Of a DNA stretch of 64,000 nt, positions 26,685 to 36,650 are shown one piece after another. The translations under genes were made by a program, and so were the position numbers. Below the pieces are notes generated by a model, which saw only the letters and a program-made list of their open reading frames with translations, was not told where the DNA came from and did no database searches. This DNA comes from an uncultured Verrucomicrobiota bacterium. GTDB lineage: Bacteria; Verrucomicrobiota; CALLYA01; CAYNBQ01. Where the stretch lies: the NCBI GenBank assembly GCA_964395275.1, contig CAYNBQ010000002.1, forward strand, positions 16,731-80,730. The letters are read 5' to 3'. Position 1 is the stretch's first letter. Each line of letters starts with the position of its first letter.

Positions 26685-27665
26685 ATGACGATGATTCGAC
26701 AGGACGAGAGAGCCTGGGCGCTGCCGGCCGCGCTGGTCGCGCTCGCCCTGGTGACGACGATCGCCGTGGAATGGCACCGGATCGCGCGTTCCGAGGTCGA
26801 CGCGTCGTCCCGCCTTCTCGAAAGGGTGCAGATCCGCTGGGCGCTCGACGCCGTTCGTCCGGGCGTCGTCCTGGCCCTCGCGTCGGATCCGACCCCGGGA
26901 GCGGACGGTCCCGACGATCCCTGGCTTCAGACCCCGGAGGACCCCGTTTTCCTCGGCGGCGTCGCGCTGCGTCTCTCCCTCCACGCCGAGGACGACCGCT
27001 GGGACATGAACAACCTCGGATTCCAACCGGACGATCCCGCCGTGCGACCCCCCGCCCGATGCTGGCGGGATCTGAAGACGTTGCTCGGATGGAATCGTTC
27101 CGACGGCATGGCGTCCGCCGTGATCGACTGGATCGATCCGGACGGAAAGGGCGCCTCGGAGAACGGCTGGTACCTGGATCTTCCCGAACCGCGTCTCTGC
27201 AAGAACCGCCCTCTGGATCTTCTCTCGGAACTCCTCCGCGTGCGCAGTTTCGCGCCGATCCTGCTCCGGGGCGGCGTCGATCCGGCAACCGGCCGGGAGA
27301 TTCTCCCCCTGGACCGGGTGGCCACCGTCCTGCCGCGTCTCCGAACGGGAACGGCGGCGCCGGTCAACGTCAACCTCGCGTCCGAAGACCTCCTGCGGGG
27401 TCTCGTGGGACTCGACCGCCTGCGGGCGGCCGACCGGATCCTGCGGCGGCGCGAGGCGGCGCCTTTTCTCGCCGAAGAGGATCTGCGCCAGACCCTGGGG
27501 CCCGCGATCTGGGATTCCCTCTCGCCCTGGATCTCGGTGGGAAGCGAATGGATCCGGGTGGAGGCCGTCGCCGATCTCCACGGCGCCCGGCGCCGGCTCA
27601 CGGCGCTGGTCCACCGGCCCGGGGGCGGTGCGCCGGTTTTCCGGAGATGGTGGGTGCACGGATGA
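26685..27665 (+). CDS. gspK: Type II secretion system minor pseudopilin GspK
   Basis: ORF 26481..27665, trimmed; candidate ATGs at 26679, 26685 and 26691. N-terminal TM AWALPAALVALALV, GspK-specific SAVIDWIDPDGKG motif and PVNVNLASEDLLRGLVGL HhH-like motif. Confidence 0.7.
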   Translation: MTMIRQDERAWALPAALVALALVTTIAVEWHRIARSEVDASSRLLERVQIRWALDAVRPGVVLALASDPTPGADGPDDPWLQTPEDPVFLGGVALRLSLHAEDDRWDMNNLGFQPDDPAVRPPARCWRDLKTLLGWNRSDGMASAVIDWIDPDGKGASENGWYLDLPEPRLCKNRPLDLLSELLRVRSFAPILLRGGVDPATGREILPLDRVATVLPRLRTGTAAPVNVNLASEDLLRGLVGLDRLRAADRILRRREAAPFLAEEDLRQTLGPAIWDSLSPWISVGSEWIRVEAVADLHGARRRLTALVHRPGGGAPVFRRWWVHG

Positions 27666-29074
27666 AGCGCAGGATCGTCACCTTGCACGCGCGCCGGTAC
27701 CTCGAAAGCCGCCGGGCCGCCGCCGTCGCCGTCTTCGAAGACGCCGTCGAATTCGCGGTCGCCGAGAAGGGCGAACGGATCCGGAAATCGGGCCGCCTGG
27801 AAGGCCCGACCGACGAGGTCTCCGCGGCAGGCCGTCTGCAGCGCGCCTTTGCGGCGATCGCGGAATTCCAGCCGCCCCTGGTCGTCGGCGTGATGCCGGC
27901 CCACCATGTGCCGCTGCGGCGGTTGACCCCGCCTTTCCGGGACGCGAAACGCCTGGCGCGAACCCTCGATTCCCTCCTGGAAATCCATCTTCCCTTCGAC
28001 CTGGATGCCGTCAAGACCGATCACATCCTCGTGACCCGCGGCAACCGCGTCGAAGGAGACGTCCTGTCGATCGCGTGCCCGGCCGATCCGGCGCGGCGGA
28101 CGGCGGCCCGCATCGCCGCCCAGGGAGAGGCCCCGTCCATTCTGGATCACGAGCTCGTCGCCCTTTTCAACTACGCCCGATTCCGCGGCGTTCCCGCGGG
28201 GATCTGGTCCGTCGTCCGGGTCGGGAAGACCCGTTGCGCATGGGTCTTCGGTGAAGACGACCGCCTCCTCGGGGGCCGCGCCCTGCTTCTGGAAGATCCG
28301 GAGGGCCTTCCGGCGGAATGGGAACGCAGCCGGCTCGCGATCCCCGAGACCCGGAGCTGGCAGGCGACGGACGAAACGGTCCGTCTCCTCGGGGATCCCG
28401 GGGGACTCGATCCCTGCGCCCGCGCCATGCGGGAAACCCTGGGATTCCTGCCCGCCGTGATGAACCCGCCCGCCGAGGAATCGGTCGCGGCCGTCGCGTG
28501 CGGCGCGGCGCTGCGGGGGACCGGACGGGGGATCGCCGTCGATCTTCTGCCGACTCCGCCGCAGGCCCGCCCGGCGTTCCGGCCGATCCGGCAGGCGATA
28601 TGGGCAACGGCGGCCGCGGCCCTCTTCGTCCTGTTGATCCCCGTCGTCGGATCCCTGGGGAGAGGCGCCCTGGCCGTGCCCCGCCTGCGGGCCGTGAACC
28701 GCGCCCTCCTCGAGACCGCGCAACGCGCGGGCGTTCCCTCGCCACCCCCGGCCCAGGAGGTCTACGCCCTGCGCCGGGCCCTCGACGGGGCCCTCCGGCG
28801 ATCCGAATTGTATGCGCCCCTGGACGCGCCCCCGGTTTCGGATCGGCTCGACCGGCTCGTCACCGCCCTGCCGCGGAACGTCCGGATCGAACGGATCTCC
28901 CTGGCGCCCCGCCGCGTCGTTCTCCGGGCTGCACCGGCCGATCCCGCAGCGGCCCCCGCCTACGCGGACGCCCTGCGGCGCGCCTTCGATTCGGTTTCGA
29001 TCAAGACCCTGCCGGGATCCGGCGCCCTCGCCCGGTTCGAGATCGTCGTCGGCCGGGAGGTTCCGGCCCCATGA
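27662..29074 (+). CDS. gspL: GspL-like type II secretion/T4P assembly protein (cytoplasmic actin-like domain - TM - periplasmic domain)
   Basis: Frame of ORF 26771..29074 from ATG 27662 (ATGA overlap with gspK stop). About 310 aa cytoplasmic domain, single TM IWATAAAALFVLLIPVVG, and a 130-aa periplasmic domain. Confidence 0.6.
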   Translation: MKRRIVTLHARRYLESRRAAAVAVFEDAVEFAVAEKGERIRKSGRLEGPTDEVSAAGRLQRAFAAIAEFQPPLVVGVMPAHHVPLRRLTPPFRDAKRLARTLDSLLEIHLPFDLDAVKTDHILVTRGNRVEGDVLSIACPADPARRTAARIAAQGEAPSILDHELVALFNYARFRGVPAGIWSVVRVGKTRCAWVFGEDDRLLGGRALLLEDPEGLPAEWERSRLAIPETRSWQATDETVRLLGDPGGLDPCARAMRETLGFLPAVMNPPAEESVAAVACGAALRGTGRGIAVDLLPTPPQARPAFRPIRQAIWATAAAALFVLLIPVVGSLGRGALAVPRLRAVNRALLETAQRAGVPSPPPAQEVYALRRALDGALRRSELYAPLDAPPVSDRLDRLVTALPRNVRIERISLAPRRVVLRAAPADPAAAPAYADALRRAFDSVSIKTLPGSGALARFEIVVGREVPAP

Positions 29075-29598
29075 ACATGTCGATTCGCACCGCCGGAGGA
29101 CGGGCGATTCTGGTCGCCGCGGTCGTTCTGATCGGAGCGATCCTTTCCGTCCGCGCGGTGGAACGGCGTCTCGACCGCGTCCGCACGGCCCTGGTCGAAC
29201 GGAGCCGGGACCTGGAGGAGGCGCGGCGGCTTGCCGGCGAAATCCTGGACGTCAACGGGCTCGAAGAGGCGGTCGTGCGGTCGGCGCGCGCCCTGCCCGC
29301 AGGATACAATCCCGCGGCCCGGCTCCGGTCGATTCTGCGGGAGCGCATCGGCAGCCCCGTCCCCGAGGAGGGCGTTCAATCGACCGGCAGCGAGCGCCTT
29401 CCCTCCGGCATCCTGCGCGAATCGCTGCGGGTCGAAATCCGGTCCATCCCCCTCGAACAGGCCCTCGGGATCTTCTATGATCTCGACCGGCTCGACGCCC
29501 CGATCGGCGTACAGCGCCTCGAGTTGACCGCGGGCGACGAACCGCCCCGATTCGATCTGGTTCTCGAAATCGTGGCCTTCGTTCCGCCCGCTTCCTGA
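29071..29598 (+). CDS. gspM: GspM-like type II secretion protein
   Basis: Frame of ORF 28318..29598 from ATG 29071 (ATGA overlap). MNMSIRTAGGRAILVAAVVLIGAIL is an N-terminal TM, followed by a periplasmic domain. Size and position match GspM. Confidence 0.55.
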   Translation: MNMSIRTAGGRAILVAAVVLIGAILSVRAVERRLDRVRTALVERSRDLEEARRLAGEILDVNGLEEAVVRSARALPAGYNPAARLRSILRERIGSPVPEEGVQSTGSERLPSGILRESLRVEIRSIPLEQALGIFYDLDRLDAPIGVQRLELTAGDEPPRFDLVLEIVAFVPPAS

Positions 29599-29610
29599 AT
29601 CGCAGAAGAC

Positions 29611-30396
29611 ATGTTTTCCACCCTACGAGAAATCGCCCGCCGCCGGGAGATGCTGAGCACCCTGATCGTTCGGCATCTGAAGATCCGCTACAAGAACAGC
29701 ACGCTCGGGTTCCTCTGGACGGTGCTGAACCCGATCTTCATGGCGATCATCTACTGGTTCTTCATCAGCAAGGTCGCCCGGGCCCCGGTGCCGATCGGCG
29801 CGCTGCTCGTCGGCGTCTTCGCATGGAACTACACGGTCATGTCCGTCATGGATTCCACGGGGGCGGTGATCGGCAATGCCAACCTCGTGAAGAAGGTCGC
29901 CTTCCCGCGCGAAATCCTCCCCCTGTCGGTTTCGATCGCGGGACTGATCAACTTCCTCCTGTCGCAGATCGTCGTCCTGCTTTTTCTGCTGGCGACCCGC
30001 ACGGCGCCCAGTCCCTGGGTCGTCCTCTTCCCGTTCATCGTGCTGGCGCATTTCTGTCTCTGCCTCGGGCTGTCGTTCATCGTCTCGTGCGCCAACGTCT
30101 ATTTCCGGGACACCGAGCACCTGGTGGGGGTTCTCCTCTCGGCCTGGTTCTTCATGAGCCCGGTGATGTACGCGATCGACCAGGTGAAGGGCCTGCCCCG
30201 ACCGTGGTTCTTCATCTACTGCATGAACCCGGTTGCGGGAATCGTGAGCGCCTATCGCGCGGTTCTCCTGCCCGGAAAGACCCTGCCGCCCGATCCTGTG
30301 CCCTGGGCCGTTTCGTTCGCCCTCTGCGGGGCGATCCTTCTCGCCGGATACGCGATCTTCCGCCGCGCCCAGGCGAACTTCGGAGACGTCCTCTGA
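29611..30396 (+). CDS. wzm: ABC-2 type polysaccharide exporter permease (Wzm/KpsM), second copy
   Basis: ORF 29611..30396. Wzm signature (LIVRHLKIRYKNSTLGFLWTVLNP...) with 6 TM helices. Confidence 0.85.
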   Translation: MFSTLREIARRREMLSTLIVRHLKIRYKNSTLGFLWTVLNPIFMAIIYWFFISKVARAPVPIGALLVGVFAWNYTVMSVMDSTGAVIGNANLVKKVAFPREILPLSVSIAGLINFLLSQIVVLLFLLATRTAPSPWVVLFPFIVLAHFCLCLGLSFIVSCANVYFRDTEHLVGVLLSAWFFMSPVMYAIDQVKGLPRPWFFIYCMNPVAGIVSAYRAVLLPGKTLPPDPVPWAVSFALCGAILLAGYAIFRRAQANFGDVL

Positions 30397-31628
30397 TGTC
30401 CACGGCGATCGAAGTCGAGAACCTCGGCAAACTCTACCGGATCCAGGGCCGCACCGTTCCCACCCTGAAAACGACCGTCATCGACCGCCTGCGGCGCCGC
30501 GCCCGCAAACCCTTCTGGGCCCTGCGGCACGTGACATTCCGCGTCCCGAAGGGAATCACCTTCGGGGTCATCGGGGCGAACGGTTCCGGCAAGAGCACGT
30601 TGCTCGGCCTGATCGCCGGGACCCTGACCCCCACGGAGGGGTCCATACGCGCCGAGGGGAAGATCTCGACGCTGCTCGAACTCGGCGCGGGATTCCACCC
30701 GGAACTCACCGGACGGGAGAACGTCTTCCTGAACGCCGCGATCCTCGGGATCCCCCGCGAAGAGATCCGCAAACGCTTCGACCGCATCGTGGAGTTTTCG
30801 GGGCTCTCGGAGTTCATCGACACCCCGGTCAAGTTCTATTCATCCGGCATGTACGTGCGCCTCGGCTTCGCCGTCGCCATCGAGATGGATCCGGACATCC
30901 TGCTGATCGACGAGGTCCTGGCCGTCGGCGACGAATCGTTCCAGATGAAGTGTCTCGACAAGATCCAGCAGTTCCAGAGGGAAGGCAGGACGCTGCTGAT
31001 CGTCTCCCACTCCATGCCGGTCATCGAGGACGTCTGCGACGAGGTCATCCTCCTGGATCACGGGCACAAGGAAAACCAGGGAAAAGCCGGAGAGGTCGTC
31101 GCCGAATACCTCCGGATCACCCTCGGGCGCGACAGCCATCTCAACATCGAGGAACACGGCAGCCGCGACGTCGAGATGGTGTCGGTCCGGTTCGAGGACG
31201 GCGCCGGCCGAGAGACCCGGCAGTTCGAGGACGGCGGCGCGATGCGCGTGCGGATCCGCTACCGGGCCCGACGCCGGGTGGAACGTCCCGTCTTCGGCTT
31301 TTCCGTCAAACGGGCCGACGGAACCCACATGTTCGGCACGAACACCCAGCTGATGAACGTCCCCATTCCCGCCGTCGAGGGCGCCGGAGAGGTCGTCCTC
31401 GATCTTTCTCCGCTGCATCTCCTGCGGGGCGGATACTATCTCTCGCTGTCGATCCATTCCTGGGATCACTCGATCCAGTACCATCGCCGGGAAGACTGGT
31501 ATTCCTTCAGCGTTCGGAACCGGTCCGGAGACGAGGGATTCGTCCGAATCCCCTGCCGCTGGGAATGGCGGCCCGACCGCGGCGGGGAACCGCCGCCGCA
31601 GGAAGAGGAAGAAGACCATCATGAGTGA
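30396..31628 (+). CDS. wzt: Polysaccharide ABC exporter ATP-binding protein (Wzt/KpsT) with C-terminal carbohydrate-binding domain, second copy
   Basis: Frame of ORF 29823..31628 from ATG 30396 (TGATG overlap). Walker A GANGSGKST, YSSGM, Walker B LLIDEVLAVGD, and a C-terminal extension. Confidence 0.85.
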   Translation: MSTAIEVENLGKLYRIQGRTVPTLKTTVIDRLRRRARKPFWALRHVTFRVPKGITFGVIGANGSGKSTLLGLIAGTLTPTEGSIRAEGKISTLLELGAGFHPELTGRENVFLNAAILGIPREEIRKRFDRIVEFSGLSEFIDTPVKFYSSGMYVRLGFAVAIEMDPDILLIDEVLAVGDESFQMKCLDKIQQFQREGRTLLIVSHSMPVIEDVCDEVILLDHGHKENQGKAGEVVAEYLRITLGRDSHLNIEEHGSRDVEMVSVRFEDGAGRETRQFEDGGAMRVRIRYRARRRVERPVFGFSVKRADGTHMFGTNTQLMNVPIPAVEGAGEVVLDLSPLHLLRGGYYLSLSIHSWDHSIQYHRREDWYSFSVRNRSGDEGFVRIPCRWEWRPDRGGEPPPQEEEEDHHE

Positions 31629-32085
31629 ACCTTTCGAGATCCGGGCGGACGGCGTCGATGTGCAGGCGATCATGGAAGAGATCCGGCGCACCGTGGAACG
31701 AAAGCGCGCCGAGGGGGTTTACGACGACGACCGGATCGCGCGGGCGGAGCGGATGAATTTCCAGGAGCTGAAGGACGAGGATTCCTTCTTCGATTTCTAC
31801 ATGTCCAGCCTTCACCACGTCCACCTGGTCGACATCAACGATTTCCCGATCCGCACCCACCGCGGGATCTTCGGAAAACCGATCGTCCTGCTGAAGAAGA
31901 CGATCTGGAAACTGCTGCGCTTCTACACGTACCGCATGTTTTCCCAGCAGAATCAGATCAACGGCCAGGTCATCAACGCCCTGGACGGACTGAACCGCAA
32001 GCTCAACCGGCGCACGGCCGAAATCGAGGCGCGCATCGCCCGCCTCGAAGAACGCCTGGGAACCGACGGCGAACCCGATGAGTGA
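31621..32085 (+). CDS. Hypothetical protein (coiled-coil C-terminus) coupled to the wzt and glycosyltransferase genes
   Basis: ORF 31621..32085. 8-nt overlaps at both ends (ATGAGTGA). Ordinary amino-acid composition; C-terminal RRTAEIEARIARLEERL. Confidence 0.5.
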   Translation: MSEPFEIRADGVDVQAIMEEIRRTVERKRAEGVYDDDRIARAERMNFQELKDEDSFFDFYMSSLHHVHLVDINDFPIRTHRGIFGKPIVLLKKTIWKLLRFYTYRMFSQQNQINGQVINALDGLNRKLNRRTAEIEARIARLEERLGTDGEPDE

Positions 32086-33268
32086 ACCGCGCCGACTCGC
32101 CTTCGTCACGCCGCGTTACGCGGACCGGCGCGCCGTCGGAGGCGCCGAAACCGCCGTGCGCCTCCTGGCCGAACATGCGGCCGCGCGGGGTCATTCCGTC
32201 GAACTGCTCACGACCTGCGCGGTGGACCACGTCACCTGGAAGAACGAACGCCGGCCCGGCAGCGTCCGGCGCAACGGGATCACCGTCCGTTTCTTCCCGA
32301 CCCGCGTGGACCGGGACCTGTCGACCTATCTCCGGATCCAGAGAAAGATCGACCTGGGCCTGGAACTGACCGACGAGGAGGAAGAGACCTGGATCGGCGA
32401 AAGCGTCCACAGCGACGACCTCTACGCCTACCTCCGCCGGAACCTCGACCGTTTCGACGCCTTTCTCTTCGCGCCCTATCTCTTCGGCACCACGATGCGG
32501 GGCGTGACGCTGACGGGAAGGAAGAGCGTCCTGATCCCCTGTCTGCACGACGAACCGTTCGCCCGCTTGCGCATCACCCGGCGGCTTTTCGAAGAGGCCG
32601 GATGGGTGATGTTCCATACCCGTCCGGAACGCGAACTCGCCGAACGGATCTGCGGCGCCGACCCGGCCCGGGCGTCCGTCGTCGGAATCGGGTTCGACCC
32701 CTTCCCGGCCGACGGACCGCGGTTCCGAAAGCAGTACGCGATCGACGGCCCCCTGATGCTCTACTGCGGCCGGCGCGAGGGCGGCAAGAACGTCCCCCTG
32801 CTCATCGATTATTTCACCACATGGGCCGAACGCAACGACGGCGATACGCGCCTGGCGCTCGCGGGATCCGGCGCCGTGGCGATTCCCTCGAACATGGCGG
32901 GCCGGATCATCGACCTGGATTACCTCCAGGAACAGGAGAAGCGCGACGCCATGGCCGCCGCGGACGTTCTCGTCCAGCCCTCGGTCAACGAGAGCCTCAG
33001 CATCGTCCTGATGGAAGGCTGGCTGGCGGGAACCGCCGCCCTCGTTCACGCCGGCTGCGCCGTCACCCGGGACCACTGCATCCGTTCGAACGGGGGACTC
33101 TTCTTCGCCGACTATCCCGAGTTCGAGGAATGCGCCAACCGGCTGATCGGCGATCCGGCCCTTCGCGAAGCCCTTGCGCGCGGCGGGCAACGCTACGTCC
33201 GCGAGGAATACTCCTGGGACCGCGTGATGGACCGGTTCGAGGAATCCCTGGAGGCCCGGGACGTCTGA
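32078..33268 (+). CDS. Glycosyltransferase family 4
   Basis: ORF 32078..33268. GT-B fold with VQPSVNESLSIVLMEGWLAGTAALV, the E-x7-E motif. Confidence 0.8.
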   Translation: MSEPRRLAFVTPRYADRRAVGGAETAVRLLAEHAAARGHSVELLTTCAVDHVTWKNERRPGSVRRNGITVRFFPTRVDRDLSTYLRIQRKIDLGLELTDEEEETWIGESVHSDDLYAYLRRNLDRFDAFLFAPYLFGTTMRGVTLTGRKSVLIPCLHDEPFARLRITRRLFEEAGWVMFHTRPERELAERICGADPARASVVGIGFDPFPADGPRFRKQYAIDGPLMLYCGRREGGKNVPLLIDYFTTWAERNDGDTRLALAGSGAVAIPSNMAGRIIDLDYLQEQEKRDAMAAADVLVQPSVNESLSIVLMEGWLAGTAALVHAGCAVTRDHCIRSNGGLFFADYPEFEECANRLIGDPALREALARGGQRYVREEYSWDRVMDRFEESLEARDV

Positions 33269-34347
33269 TGGGAATTCGCGCCATTCACCAGGTGCTCGCG
33301 GGCTTCGCCTACGGCGACGCCCAGTCGAACGAGGCCCTCGTCCTGCAAAGGATCTTCCGGGACTGGGGGTTGCAGAGCGAGATCCTCTGCGAACGGTCCC
33401 GGATCCTGCCCAGCGTGGCCCGCCTCGCCCGGCCGCTGGAGGCCTACCGTCCGGAGGATCCCGCCCGGGAAGCCCTTCTGCTGCATTTCGCCATCGGTTC
33501 GCCGGCCAACCGCTGGTTCGCCCGGCATCGCGGGCCGAAGATCCTCCTCTATCACAACATCACCCCCGCGTCCTACCTGCGCGGAATCAACGAGGAGATC
33601 GCGCGTCTTCTCGAGGAAGGGCGGGCCGACCTCGCCGGCCTCCGCGGCGTTCCCGACGTCGTTCTGGCCGACAGCGGCTACAACGCCCGCGAACTCGACG
33701 AGCTCGGGTACCGCGACGTCCGCGTCTTCCCCCTGGCGATCGACCTCGCCGCCTTCGATCGCCGCCCCGATCCGTCCGTCCGGAGGGATTTCCCCCCCGA
33801 CCGGATCATCTGGCTCTTCGTCGGACGCGTGGTTCCCAACAAGCGGCACGACGATCTCCTGCGGGCCTTCGCCGCCTACCACCACCATGTGCGTCCCGAT
33901 TCCCGCCTGGTGATCGTCGGCTCGGCCGGCGGCACCGAGATCTATCTCGCGATCCTGCGGGCCTACGCCCAGCGCCTCGAAATCGCCGAAGACATCCATT
34001 TTCTCGGCAGCATCCCCTTCTCCGAACTCGTCGCGCACTACCGGATCGCCGACGTCTTCGTCTGCATGAGCGAACACGAGGGCTTCGGCGGCCCTCTGAT
34101 CGAATCGATGTACCTGGACCTCCCCGTCATCGCGCGGGCGGCGGCGGCGGTTCCGGAAACGATGGGCGACGCCGGGATCCTGCTGAAGGATCCCGATCCC
34201 TTCTACACGGCCGAGATCGCGGAACGACTCGTCGCGGACTCGGATCTGCGCCGGGGGGTTCTGGAACGACAACGCCGGCGGGTCCGCGATCTCCTGGACC
34301 GGGATATCGCGTCCGAGATCCGGGGGCATCTCGCTGCGATCCTGTAG
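33268..34347 (+). CDS. Glycosyltransferase family 4
   Basis: Frame of ORF 32602..34347 from ATG 33268 (TGATG overlap). VCMSEHEGFGGPLIESMYLDLPVIA is the GT4 motif. Confidence 0.8.
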   Translation: MGIRAIHQVLAGFAYGDAQSNEALVLQRIFRDWGLQSEILCERSRILPSVARLARPLEAYRPEDPAREALLLHFAIGSPANRWFARHRGPKILLYHNITPASYLRGINEEIARLLEEGRADLAGLRGVPDVVLADSGYNARELDELGYRDVRVFPLAIDLAAFDRRPDPSVRRDFPPDRIIWLFVGRVVPNKRHDDLLRAFAAYHHHVRPDSRLVIVGSAGGTEIYLAILRAYAQRLEIAEDIHFLGSIPFSELVAHYRIADVFVCMSEHEGFGGPLIESMYLDLPVIARAAAAVPETMGDAGILLKDPDPFYTAEIAERLVADSDLRRGVLERQRRRVRDLLDRDIASEIRGHLAAIL

Positions 34348-34505
34348 GCTGCCGCCCCTCTTTTCTGGATCTCCGTCCGCGATGAGGCTATCGTTCGCGC
34401 GCCCGATGCCGCCGCCGACGCAGGCCGGAATCGCCGGATTCACGCGGCGGTTCGGCGCCCCGTCCGGCCCCGGGATCCGGACCGCCGAACCGAGGAGGTC
34501 GTCGA

Positions 34506-35195
34506 GTGAAGCTCTCGATCATCGTGCCCGTACTGAACGAAGAGGCCACGTTGCGCACGCTTCTGGAACGGGTGAACGCCGTCGAATTGCCCCTGGAAAA
34601 GGAGATCATCGTCGTCGACGACGGATCGACCGACCGAACCGCCGAAATCGCCGAGGAAGCCGCACGTTCGCTTCCCGTCCGCATCATCCGGCATCCGGAA
34701 AACCGCGGAAAGGGAGCGGCCGTGCGCACCGGGTTCGCCGAAATGACCGGGGATTTCGTCGTCATCCAGGACGCGGACCTCGAATACGATCCGGCCGAAT
34801 ACGTCCAGCTCATGCGGCCGCTGATCGACGGGGTCGCCGACGCCGTCTACGGGGCCCGCTTCCTTGGCGGCCCGCATCGGGTCCTCTATTTCTGGCACTA
34901 CGTCGGCAACCGGTTCCTGACGCTGGTCACCAACGCGCTTTTCAACATCAACCTCAACGACATGGAGACCTGCTACAAGGCCATGCGGACCGACATGGCC
35001 CGGCGGCTGCGATTGAAGTGTTCCCGGTTCGGCATCGAACCGGAAATCACCGCCCAGCTGGTCAAGAAGGGCGCCCGGATCTACGAGACCCCGATCTCCT
35101 ACTACGGCCGGACCTACGAGGAGGGGAAAAAGATCCGCTGGCACGACGCGCTCTCGGCCCTGGGCGTTCTCATCCGCGAACGATTTACGGCTTGA
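34506..35195 (+). CDS. Glycosyltransferase family 2 (polyprenol-phosphate glycosyltransferase, DPM1/GtrB-like, soluble)
   Basis: ORF 34506..35195 with GTG start. LSIIVPVLNEE...VVDDGSTDRT...IQDADLEYDP. Confidence 0.8.
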   Translation: MKLSIIVPVLNEEATLRTLLERVNAVELPLEKEIIVVDDGSTDRTAEIAEEAARSLPVRIIRHPENRGKGAAVRTGFAEMTGDFVVIQDADLEYDPAEYVQLMRPLIDGVADAVYGARFLGGPHRVLYFWHYVGNRFLTLVTNALFNINLNDMETCYKAMRTDMARRLRLKCSRFGIEPEITAQLVKKGARIYETPISYYGRTYEEGKKIRWHDALSALGVLIRERFTA

Positions 35196-35299
35196 TTCCC
35201 GCCGGCGCTTCGTCAGCATACGGGCCTTTCGACCGGGTCGGCGGCCGCGATCCGGGATCGGAAATCTTTCGAACGCCCCTTTTGCCCGAGGAGAAGAAC

Positions 35300-36583
35300 A
35301 TGGCGAAAAGCATCGAGAAGGTCGGCGTCGTCGGGCTCGGATACGTCGGGCTGCCCCTGGCCGTGGCCTTCGCCCGCCACATGCCCGTGGTCGGCTTCGA
35401 CATCAGCGAAAAACGCGTCGCGCAGCTCCGCGCCGGGGAGGACCTCACCGGGGAAACCTCCGCGGACGACCTGCGCAATCCGAACCTTTTCCTCACCTCC
35501 GAGGCGTCCCGCCTGCGCGGATGCGACGCGATCATCGTGGCCGTGCCGACGCCCGTCACGCGGGCGCGGGAACCCGATCTGACCGCCCTTCGTTCCGCCA
35601 CCGAGATCGTGGCGCGGCAGATCACCCCGGGCACCGTCGTCGCCTACGAGAGCACGGTCTACCCCGGCGTCACCGAGCGCATCTGCCTGCCGATCCTCGA
35701 GGAGAAATCCGGCCTGAAACTCGGCCAATTCCATCTGGGCTACTCGCCGGAACGGATCAACCCGGGCGACCGCGAACACACCGTCGACCGGGTCGTCAAG
35801 GTCGTTTCCGCATCCGATCCGGAAACGCTCGAAACGCTGGCCGAACTCTACGGCAAGGTCGCCAAGGCCGGCGTACACAAGGCCCCGAACATCATGACCG
35901 CCGAGGCGGCCAAGGTGATCGAGAACATCCAGCGCGACCTGAACATCGCCCTGATGAACGAGTTGTCCATGATCTTCCGGCTCCTCGGGATCCGGACCCG
36001 CGACGTCCTCGACGCGGCGGCGACCAAGTGGAATTTCCACCGGTACACGCCGGGGCTCGTCGGCGGCCATTGCATCGGCGTCGATCCCTATTACCTGACC
36101 TATCGATCCCTGGAACTCGGACATCATCCCCGGGTCATTCTCTCCGGGCGGGACGTCAACGACGGCATGGGACGTTACGTGGCGGATCTGACCCTGAAAC
36201 GCCTCAGCGAGGCCGGCAAGGTCCTGAGCCGCAGCACCGCCTACGTCATGGGGCTCACCTTCAAGGAGAACGTTCCGGACATGCGCAATTCGCGCGTCGT
36301 CGACGTCATCGGCCGGCTGCGGGAGTTCGGGGTCGACGTCGTGGGCTGGGATCCCCTGCTCGCCGACGAGGACGTCCGATCCGAATTCGGGATCGAGAAC
36401 GTGCCGCTCGAGAAGATCCGGAAGTTCGACGTCGCCGTGGTCTCGTGTCCGCACGACGCCTTTCGTTCGATCGACCTGGAAACCCTGGCGCAACGCATGC
36501 AGCCCCCCGTTCTGATCGACATCAAGGGGCTCTACGACCCCGACGACGCGATCCGCGCCGGTTTCCTCTACGAATGCCTCTAG
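35300..36583 (+). CDS. UDP-N-acetylhexosamine 6-dehydrogenase (nucleotide-sugar dehydrogenase, WbpA/TviB/WecC-like)
   Basis: Frame of ORF 34382..36583 from ATG 35300, with GAGGAG RBS at 35288-35293. VGVVGLGYVGLPLAVAF is a Rossmann motif; GGHCIGVDPYYL has the catalytic Cys. Confidence 0.85.
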   Translation: MAKSIEKVGVVGLGYVGLPLAVAFARHMPVVGFDISEKRVAQLRAGEDLTGETSADDLRNPNLFLTSEASRLRGCDAIIVAVPTPVTRAREPDLTALRSATEIVARQITPGTVVAYESTVYPGVTERICLPILEEKSGLKLGQFHLGYSPERINPGDREHTVDRVVKVVSASDPETLETLAELYGKVAKAGVHKAPNIMTAEAAKVIENIQRDLNIALMNELSMIFRLLGIRTRDVLDAAATKWNFHRYTPGLVGGHCIGVDPYYLTYRSLELGHHPRVILSGRDVNDGMGRYVADLTLKRLSEAGKVLSRSTAYVMGLTFKENVPDMRNSRVVDVIGRLREFGVDVVGWDPLLADEDVRSEFGIENVPLEKIRKFDVAVVSCPHDAFRSIDLETLAQRMQPPVLIDIKGLYDPDDAIRAGFLYECL

Positions 36584-36650
36584 CCCCCGCGCGGCATTCC
36601 GCATCCGGACGGACCGGGAAGGGACGAGCAAGGGGGAATCTCCCGGCGAT

